Shown here one piece after another: positions 50,511 to 60,442 of a DNA stretch of 64,000 nt (position 1 is its first letter; each line of letters opens with the position of its first letter). The stretch lies in assembly GCA_040285825.1 (NCBI GenBank), contig JAUPSS010000011.1, forward strand, positions 1 to 64,000, written 5' to 3'. Position numbers and translations under genes: made by a program. The DNA comes from Eukaryota sp. TZLM1-RC (lineage: Eukaryota > Protista > Metamonada: BaSk clade). The notes under the pieces were generated by a model. It was not told the DNA's origin and ran no database searches. It saw only the letters and a program-made list of their open reading frames with translations.

Positions 50511-52912
50511 TCAAACTTATTCCAAGAACTTTCATCCTTGGTGAGATCGTCCACAGACGTTCTAGAATCCTCGAATAATTGGCCACCAATCTCAGTGAGC
50601 CCATTTCTCCTCTAGAACAATACGTAGCTTTGAAGCTAGTTTCTTTGTGGTCTCTGGAACGCTTCAGGTCTTGTTCCATAGTAGTGCTCACTAATTGCAA
50701 TTTCTAGCTGATTTAGTGATGTAGAAATGTCTCTAGACCATACTTGATTACATTCCGGATAACTGAAATAGGCGTTGTGAACTTTAACTTCACCATCAAC
50801 TTCTCTATAGATCTTTTCGTGTAGCATCTTGCAGCAGTTCACCTTTGCAGATGTCATATATTCATCTCCGATCTTCACCTTAGCAAATGAACATTGTAAC
50901 AACTTGAGAAATGCCTTACGTGGAGTTTTCACTTTTTAACGTGATGTACCACCACATCCATTGCCAAACCACACCTTTACTTCTCGACCGTTTGCAAATT
51001 TTTTCACTTTGTTGATAATTGAGCTGAATCTTTTCTGTTTTCTTATAAAGAAGTCAAATGTGTTTCTCCTCCATGCTTTTCGAGCACTCAGATATAATTG
51101 CTGCTTTAGCAATGATCGTCTTACGTTATTACCTTCATAGTCCTTATAGTCACCGATAGCTGATATTTCAAGCAGATAATGGTTCAATTTCTGCACGTCA
51201 TAAACATCTATTGATGAGTGGGTCAGTGAAGCGGAGTGATTGATTTTCGTTGCTTTGGTGCCAAGAAGATATTTCATACGGTCGGCCCTGAACGTGTTCC
51301 AATACTGGAACCACATAGATTTGAGTGGTCGGGGTATGGCCCAGAACACTATTTCCGTTTGGTCATCAGGTGCCTGCCACTCAGTAGCTTTTGGTTTCTG
51401 GCGAGGTCTTGGCCGTTCAACCTTAGCTTGCAGGGTATGTTTTCTATCCCGAGTGGTTTCATAGTAATCAAGTTCCCCTCTAGATCTCTTATTACTCAAG
51501 GCTTCTCTGGACAATCTCACTCGTGTTGCTTTGGGGTGCGGTTTGAAAGTTATACGGACACTATCACCATTAGAAGACATGATGTAGTCATTAGCTTTTG
51601 TTTTAAACAATAAATAAGGGTTTTTCAAAATTGTGATGTGTTTTTGGAGATAAAATGGTTGAGAACCCATGTGGAAAAGGGGACAAAAGCAGGCTTCAAA
51701 CTAGCGATGGGAGTGAGTCTATGTCGTTTAAAGCTATACGGAAAGGCTTGCTCCAGGTAGTTTTGGATTGTTAAGCCACAACGAAAGATATAGGTACTGT
51801 TCTCTTGATTCAGAGTCACTCTTCGAGAAGAAAGAAGAGTGTTGTACCTTTGAGGATCACCAACCAAGAAGTTAAACAGAGTAAGAGCCATGGTATGGTG
51901 AGTGTTGAACCAAGAAAGTAGAGGTTCACGAAAGTTCGTGCTGTTGTGAAGAACAGAAGCAGCCTAAGTGGCTGGTGCAGGGCAGTTATAACCTACCGCA
52001 TACGAGCGGAAGAAGTTAAGCTTCCACGACACGAGACCATCAGTCAGGAGCTGATGGTAGTTGTCTTGCAGCTGGCGGCACTTTGCATCCACCAGTTGTT
52101 GTAGAGGCCTACTAGTGGGTGGTGCATGATTATGACATGTTCTTGACAAGAACAAGACAGCAAACGGCCATGATGTAGAGATTCGCTCGAGCTTCTCATA
52201 CACATGGCCTTTGCTAGGTCTGTTAAATGGACGTCTGACTTTTGGCTTAAAGACCGCCACAAAGTCAAGATACTGGATCCAAAATTGATGCTGAGTCAGA
52301 AAATGACTGTCTTCAGGGAAGCGCACAGCAAAAACTCTGGCCAGCAAACTGCCGAGGTGAGCCATGGTGGTCACCTTGGTCAGCTGTCCATCAATGTAAT
52401 CACACACTGGCCGCTCAAAGAACTGATGAAGGGAGCAGGCACGTGTCCATGACTGCATAGTCCTTACTGAAAACGGAAGGTGCAGACAATCAAAAATGAT
52501 TGATTTCTCAGTTTGAGTTACTTTTAAAATTTGCTGTATTTTCAACTCCTTACATCCACAAAACAATGAAACATCCACAAACTGATAAATAGACACATTT
52601 ATAATAGATACTGGACATGCTTTAAGCATTTTCTTTCCTAAAAATAATAAACTATTGCGAAATTTGACGAAATTGTTGTTAGTCAAAGCAGTTGTTCGTT
52701 TAATCAAGGGTGTTTTTAGATTCAAAAAATTCATAAAGTTTCACAATTTAATTCCTTTATGCAGCACAAACATGTCACCAAGAGAAGTCACAACACCCAT
52801 TTCTTCCTTCCCATTTCTTTCCCTCTTTGACGAAGAACCTTTTGCTCCTCGTTCAACTATATCTCAGTTCGCCGGGGATCTTGGTGGAACTGTTGGCTTT
52901 TCTATTATAGCG
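50499..52912 (-). mobile_element. Fanzor element, family 2, copy D (full-length pseudogene)
   Basis: ORF pieces from ~52458 to 50636; GDEYMTSAKVNCC, WSRDISTS, RPEAF; colinear with 26266-28315. Confidence 0.9.
50502..50635 (-). ncRNA. Candidate omega-RNA scaffold, family 2 copy D
   Basis: Near-identical to 28159-28288; multiple hairpins. Confidence 0.65.
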
Positions 52913-53278
52913 ATTATAGGCTTCGTTTAGTGCGCTCACACATTGAATCCCATAAAATAGACTTACAAAAGACAGTCTGTAGAGACACTACTGGCTATTC
53001 TTTCTATTCTATATTCTTGAGTCTAAACTCGAGCCTATTGCAGATCGTCCATCCCAAGCTGCTTCAACAACTTCTGCTGTGTCACCCCTTTCAGCTGCAC
53101 TTCTTGTCTTGAAACTAGACATCTGAATACTTATTATTACCTTGTCTCTCTACTTCGCCCTCTTCACCCTCTTTCTACTCATCTTTCCTCCATAGAAGAT
53201 GTTCCTCCTGTCTTCACTTGTATTACCATCAGTTATCAATATACACCCTTGCGCCTCTGGTATCGTTTGTTCACTCTC

Positions 53279-55414
53279 TACAAATCAACTCAATGGTTGA
53301 GTTGTACTATTGAGTTCTACCATTGAGTTGTACTATGAATTTGTATCAAAACACACCTCTGGCTTTTGACCAATTCATGCAATTTTGATAGACGTTGAGC
53401 ATACTTTTTAGATCTATCACTATATGATATCACGATCAAATGATAATTAAAGCAGCAACATCACAATACGCGTACAGGTACGCAATACATGGAAAAACAC
53501 TTATCTATGGGGTCTCCGGAACGCCTCAGGTCTTTCATTGTAGTAGTGCTCACTTATGGCATTCTCCAGCTGGTTTCTGGAGGCTGAGATGTCCCTCGAC
53601 CAGAGTGTCTGACATTGAGGACAAACAAACTTATCATTGTTCACCCTCCCATCATCGTGATACACCTTTTGATTGAATATTTCACAGCAATTCGTTTTGG
53701 CAGATGTGTAGAAATCATCTCCATTAGGTTTCACTTATGTACAATGTTTCTGAATCTCCTTTAAAAAGCGCTTTCTTGGGGTTTTCACAGCATGTCTTGA
53801 TGGCCCGTCACCTCCACTTCATAACCACATTATGGTTTCTCTTCCATTAGCCATTAGTTTAATGTTTTGAATAAATCCCATTATTCTTTTTTGCCTTCTT
53901 ATAAAGAAATCAAACTTGTTGCGGCGCAGGTCTCGGCGATCTCCATTTATCAACAGTTGGTCTAGTATAGTTCTCGAACGGAAGTCGGAATTCCTAATTT
54001 CTTCCTTGGTCGGTACCCACATCAAAGGCATTTCTATTTCATTAAAATATTTGTGTAAATTCTTTGCAAAATATCAATTTGGTGATGCATGATATAAGAC
54101 TGGTGGTTGAATGATCTTCGTTGCCTTTGGATTCAAAACAAGGCCCGAAAGTTGATGGTCCTCAATGCTATTATCTATTCTTGATCCAATTGAATAACCA
54201 CACAAATCTTTGTGGTTGGGATCAATTGTACAAATTGAGTATTCAATTGGATTAATGGGAAGAGGCTCGTAGGCGTCATCAATTCTTCCACGTTGTCTAG
54301 GATGAACCTGTTGTTGAAGTCTGGACTTTCGCTTCCGAGTCTTGGCACGCATATCGTCTCCTCCACTGGCTCTGTCGGTTGCGAATTCTCTGGCTACGCG
54401 GCGTTTTTTGGGTTTTTTGGGGGCAATGAAAAATGTGCAGTGGATTGAAACAGCTTCTGAACTTATTGTGTAAGTCAGAAACTTCTTTTTTCTGAAAAAG
54501 GCAAATGGGTCTTTCAGCAGACAGTGGTTGGCATCAAAAGAGAGAAGATGCTTTTCCAGTTTATGACTAAAAGAGATAAAGCCAGGAGAATAACTGGGGG
54601 ATGAGCACACGGCATTTCTTCGCATGGCATCAGATACAATATTTTCGAAAAAGGATAAATTATTTAGACCAGCACTGAATATGAAGAAAGTGTTGTCTGG
54701 ATTGAAATCAACATTGTCCAGCATCAACATACTGTCGAAACGATGAGGGTCGACTACATGCTGAGTTAGTAGGTCCAGTATGTACTCCTGTTGACCTGCA
54801 TCATACCATGCGCGCAAAGAGTCAGGAATAGTGGCTGCAGTCGTGTTCAACACAAATGAAGCATATTTCTTTGTGACAGGGGCACTCAAAGAAGGTAGCC
54901 ATTGTCCGGAAAAAGTTCAGTTTACAGGAGACAGGGCCATCAGTGAGTATTTGACAAAAACTGTTCGCCATTTGCAGTGCGTGAAAGCTTCTAATGTCGA
55001 AGTGGCACCAATTGGCGGTTCTTTTCTGAAAGCCAATATCAGGAAACGGCCAGCCATGTCGGAAAGAGACATCACAGAGTGCGCGGTATACTTCGATATA
55101 ATTTTCCAAAGGGCGTCTCACAGTCGGATGAGGCACCATGACAGAATCTTGGCTTTAATACCAAAACTGTTGTTCATATAACCAGAACGCTTTTTCTGAA
55201 TATTGGATTACGAATAGCTGTTCTAACCGGGCCGCAAGCTCAGTGACAGTTCGAATATAGCGAAATTGTCTTTCCATTGAAACAATAGCTGCAGTACAGA
55301 AGAACTGAGCAGCACTTGCTGGTACTGTCGTCTTGTTGTTGTTTTTTGCTGCTCAGGACGGTTAATCTCCCAGGGGAGTACACGCCCCCGACGTGACAAC
55401 TCTGAATTTGCCAT
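53279..55414 (-). mobile_element. Fanzor element, family 3, copy F (pseudogene)
   Basis: TIDPNHKDLCGY (RuvC-I), DDFYTSAKTNCC, CPQC..WSRDISAS..RPEAF; in-frame stops at 54074, 53819, 53735; 3' hairpin 53279-53345. Confidence 0.87.
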
Positions 55415-56324
55415 TGAATATGTAAGTCGAGAACAGGTCAGACAGTTAACAAAAAAAATTTCTAATACAAAAAATTGTATCTATAAAAAGATAAAACATC
55501 AGTAAAACGATAAATAAACACAAACCCAAGATTTTCACTCCTCATTTATTGTCAAAAATCATTATGGCAGCTTCTAGAGCACCAAAATTGGCAAAAAAAG
55601 TAATTAGAGAAATTTTAATGGGATTATCCATGGGATGTCCTCAAAGCAATTGAACTGATTATCAGTGCCAATTTATTTTAACATCAAATCTTGTGGTATA
55701 GACTGTAAATATATAAAACTCTGAACATCACACAGCGTATTTTATTTAAACGAAATAAGGTTCGAGTATTTAGTAATCATCAAAATTAGTTCTTGTATTT
55801 TTATTTTTTTTTGTTCAACTAACCACGTTGTGTTCAAAATATAGGTGGTTTTGATACTCTATAAAAGGTGTCATCAGAGCTCACCTATCCATTAGATAAA
55901 CTTATGTGAGGATAGTTCAATGCTTATGTTAACAGTGTACACCGCAGAACATGTGTTTCAAAGCCGTGTTCACATCTCAAACAAATATTTGCTGTTGAAT
56001 AAAGGTAAAGCTTCGATTTAAAGCATAAATACATACCTATATCTCAAGAATTCACGGAATTTTCCATGTAGTTTTTGTCCCTAAACATTAATAGTAAAAA
56101 TCCTTCCAAATTATGTAGTTTGAAAAGTTTGATTAAATTTGGTTTGATAAAATAATATCTTTCTTAATGATCTTGCACAATTAACAAAATAAACTCATAA
56201 CAAATGGGACGAAATTCATTGAACCAACCCTAACCCTAAATTTATGTCAGAACAAAATTGATAATGGTATTTTCAAAACTGACAAAATAGAAAATAATTT
56301 TGATAGTTCATATTTTTTTATTAT

Positions 56325-57180
56325 TAATTTTATTAAAACCTCTAAACCAACATCTCAATAATCCATCTCTCCCAAAACAAAAACACTAGATGCAACTCTC
56401 TCATAGTGAGATCCAAGAGAAAGCAAAGCATTAGAAACCATCTTCAACATCCCCTTTAAAACAGAAAACACAATTCTTTTTTGCCAAAACAATCTGTTGA
56501 AGTTTCTGTTAGTTCTTTTACAATCATTTCAAAATCTTTCAAAAAACGTATAGCCGTTGGATCAAATGAACCAAAAAGAGAAAATACAAATGGATACAAA
56601 TTGAATATTGCATGCTGTTGACTGGCCAATTTGGACAAAGTTCATTGTATTTTTTGATTTTGAAATTTTCAGCATTTGAAAGAGGATTATGAGTTTCAGA
56701 ATTAACAAGCCTTTCATTTGAGGCATTACAAGGATCAACAGACATAACATCCATCAAAGTGAAGCTTCCATCTAATTCAGGTAATATGACATCACCTCTA
56801 TTATTCTTATGAAAATCATCTTCAGTATCAAACAGATTTGACAACAGAGGTTCCAAAAAGGATTCAATTCTATGAGACTTACATATACAATATAATTGGT
56901 CTCTTACAGTATCGTGAACCTTGCTTCTAAAAGTAATAAAATGTTTACAATTTAACAAATGAGTAATTGTAATTTTTCGAGAACATTTACAAATTAAATT
57001 ATGAGGTAAATTATCAGGTCAGATAAAGGAACGAGACCTCATATTCAAAATCCAAGCAGAATCAGTTATGAAAGTACCATAAACTTGAGGAATGGTTGTT
57101 ACTAAGGCAGAAGAAGTACTATCACACATATCTTGTAAAAGATTTGCAAAAGCGGGATTCTTTTTCTTGGCCAAGCAAAG
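56325..57180 (-). mobile_element. CRE-like 3' fragment
   Basis: HLLNCKHF..HDTVRD..LEPLL..RGDV..DVMSVDP..KIKKY. Confidence 0.88.
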
Positions 57181-57789
57181 ATAGTATATTTTTCGAAAAG
57201 TATTTTAAAAATAACGTTTCTGATATTTCATTTAATTGTGCATATTTTTAACACAAAATCTGTACATAAAATGTTGAAAAGTGTAACGGATATGTTTTAA
57301 AAAATGATATTTGAGAATTCATCTAGTGTTTTGTATCAAGAAGTTGTAATAAATTGTTGTTTTTGATTATTGTATTCATTTGATTTTGTCATTCCTATCT
57401 GATTTTCGTCATTTTTTCAAACATCAAACCTATTGTTTAAAATTTGATGTCGAAAAATAATAAAAATTGATATAATCAATAGATTTAAATATTATTAAAA
57501 ACATATATTAAAAATTATTTTTGAAAAGTCTATTATATTAATTAATTTGAAAATAAAACATCACCACAGAAAGCACAGGATTATGTAGCAAATTTGATTT
57601 AAAAGTTTTCAAAAGATAATTGAATCTTTTGAAATCTTTCTAGAAAATCTTCAACTTCACCTTGAGTTATCATTTTGGCTGAATATACAATTTTATTGGA
57701 AATCAATCATATTTTAAGAATTTCATGTTCTGTTTTTAAAACAAAGGATAAGGTCCACAAAAACGTCTTTATTTCAAACCTAAAAACAA

Positions 57790-58974
57790 CTACTGGTTGT
57801 TGTTGTTGTTATTGTTATTGTTGCTGTTGTTCTCTTCGTCATTTTCTTCAGGGAAGCAGAGTTCATCAGTCTCATGACAAACAGGAGGATTCTGCCAGTA
57901 CTTACAATAGGAACCTGTAGTCAGTAAATCGAATCAAACCGTACCTTCAGGACATTGGACTGGTTCAGGGAAAGCAAGAGTGCAGAAAGCATAGTCTTCA
58001 GCCTTGAACCAACCACAGCCTACATGAGTTGTCAGAGGCCCTTCAAACACTAAGACATGTCTTTCAGCTTCGTCGTTCTGGTTGTTATTGTTATTGTTCT
58101 GGTTGTTGTTCTGGTTGTTGTTGTTGTTGTCGTTCTCTTCCTCGGCTTTTTCAACATGAATATCAAGGTAGAGGATGCCATGAGAGTCTTCCATTTCGTT
58201 TCCGTTGTTGTTACCGTTCTGGTTGTTGTTTTGGTTGTTGTTGTTGTTGTTCTCGTTTTCTTCATCATTTTCTTCCATTTCCCATTTGAGGCACAATTCC
58301 ACAGCTCCAGTTTGAGTGGTAGGACTCCAGATGAGCTTTCCTTGGACAGTATCATTTACTCCTTGGTAGTCAAAGTGGCCATTAACACGAACAATACGGG
58401 TTTCAAGGTCTTCTTCATTCTGGTTATTGTTCTGGTTATTGTTATTGTTATTGTTATTGTTCTCTTCATCATTTTCTTCTTCTTCTTGGAGATAGAGGAC
58501 AGCGGGCCATTTGAGATCTTCGTCATTCTGATTGTTATTCTGATTGTTGTTGTTGTTACCGTTCTGATTGTTGTTGTTACCGTTCTGATTGTTGTTGTTT
58601 CCATTTTCCTTTTCGAAACGATATTCAAACTCATGACGGTTGGGATAAAAGAATCCTCTGAGTTCTAAGGGGAATTCAAGCTGGAAAGGTTCAGTGACAT
58701 TACAGAGTTGTTCGCGAGCGCAAGGTAAATCAGATCCTTGACAGACGGCAGGATCTTGCCAGTACTTACAGTCTGAGGGTTAATTATAAAAATAAACAAA
58801 CAAGAGGCATCATCACCAGAGACCCTTTGGCAGTAGCGGTCTTGTTGGTAGCGAAGTTGCTGTTCTTCTGAGGCCCAGAATTCATGGACATGTGATCCAC
58901 AGAGAGCTGAAACAACGAAGAGAGTGCTTCGATAAGAAGTTTTGGTTGGTCACAAACAGAATAAGAGTCTTCAT
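57790..58974 (-). CDS. Secreted Asn/Gln-rich protein with two Cys-rich SYCKYWQxPxVC modules, three introns
   Basis: Spliced product MKTLILTLFVVSALC-GSHVHEF..YCQRVSGDDASYCKYWQDPAVC..poly-N tracts..GSYCKYWQNPPVC..; GT-AG introns of ~28-31 nt. Confidence 0.75.
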
Positions 58975-59661
58975 GATTACAAGAAAGCAAGCAGAGTGGA
59001 TGAAAAGGTCCCACTTGTGCTTAAGAACCACACTGTAGACAGGCACTGTAGATTCGAATTTCACTGTCAATATCCATTATATATTCCAAAAAGGTCCTCA
59101 TAACAGAACGGGAAAACCTCTTTTTTAAATCTTATCAAAGCAAACTCTAATTTTGTAAGTGTGACTATTTCAACATTTTTTGAGTTCGAAAATATTTTAT
59201 CAATATTGGCTTTAAACATTTAAGAGTTTCAAAAGAAAAACACCCCAGGTTGTAATAGTTTGAAAATAATACGATGTTGTGATCTAGTTCTAATTTTGTT
59301 ACCACTGATGTGGAAAAATGCACCTATAATTTCAATTAGTGTTCATTAATATTGTTTCTTCGGCTTTCAAAATCTTTATACAAATATGCAAATCCTATAC
59401 ATGATATACTAATTTTAGGTATCCAAAATGTAGTCATTAATCGAAATCAAAAGTCTGGGACGTTTACCAGCTTTATTATTATAATTATACGAAACATTTA
59501 AAACAACTATCGAAGATTAATATTCAAAGATATACAAAATATCAAAGACTTAATCTCGCAACTTTTCTAATGTCATTTCCATAAAAATATAGTGATTTTC
59601 CTCATGAATTAACTCCATATAATGTCAAATTAACACAAACCAACTTAAAATACCGTTATCA

Positions 59662-60441
59662 TCATCTATATCGACGTTTCCTGTCCCTACCCCTCTCAAT
59701 GACATCCAAATGCAGGGAAAGCTCTTTTACCTTTTGCCTAACTTTAACAAAACCAAGATGAAGTTTCCCTCCAAAATGATCAGCCAATCTTTTATCAGTA
59801 TCTGTAATGGAAAGTCTCGCTCCGCAAACATCACAAACTCTAATCCTTGCAGCTTGGGATCCCTTGGCCGCAGAGACGGTGAGCTGTTGATGTTGAAGTT
59901 CTAGCTCAAATTTCTTTTCCCTCAGCTCTTCAGCCTCCTGGAAAAGTTCAAAAGATCTCTCTAGTTCACCAGCTTCACCAAGGTCCTTTATCCTCGGAAT
60001 GAGTTGTTGAATCTGACTAGAATGAGAAATTGTTCAAGTAACACACGAAGAGTACATGCTGATCTCGGGAGGAGGTTCAATGGTAGTATCAACTTCTGTG
60101 GACATGAAATGTTTTTCTTCTTCTAATCTGTTTTTAAAGCGGTCTATGCGCTTGTCACAATCGCTTACTATACGTTCGAGGGTACGGAGAGCTTCACGTT
60201 CAAAACCATAGTCACGAGTCTTCCTAGCTTTCTCGTATTCAGCTTTCAGTGTATCTGAGTGCTTGAGGGTACATGGACGGTACATGAGTTTGGTGTTGGT
60301 AAAAAGATCACTAGGACAAAGGCCAGTTAAATACAATTTACAAACGTCTGGATCTGTGAACTGTTGACGGTCTTGTGACACTTGACCATTACGGTTTTTT
60401 CCAAAAAGGACATCAAGTTCAGCTGATAGGGGATTTGCCAT
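59662..60441 (-). CDS. LUC7: LUC7 U1 snRNP-associated splicing factor
   Basis: FTDPDVCKLYLTGLCPSDLFTNTK..C.LKH; second zinc finger VCDVCGARL..RLADHFGGKLHLG after the 39-nt intron 60017-60055. Confidence 0.95.
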
Positions 60442-60442
60442 T

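Noticed and set aside
53735-54076. Stop-codon reassignment suggested by in-frame TGA/TAA in Fanzor copies
   Set aside because: The stops align with different residues (W, G, Q) in sister copies, and host genes end normally in TAA, TAG and TGA; these are nonsense mutations
58029-58668. Val-, Cys- and Thr-rich ORFs in alternative frames
   Set aside because: Shadow frames of the (AAC)n repeats in the Asn-rich gene
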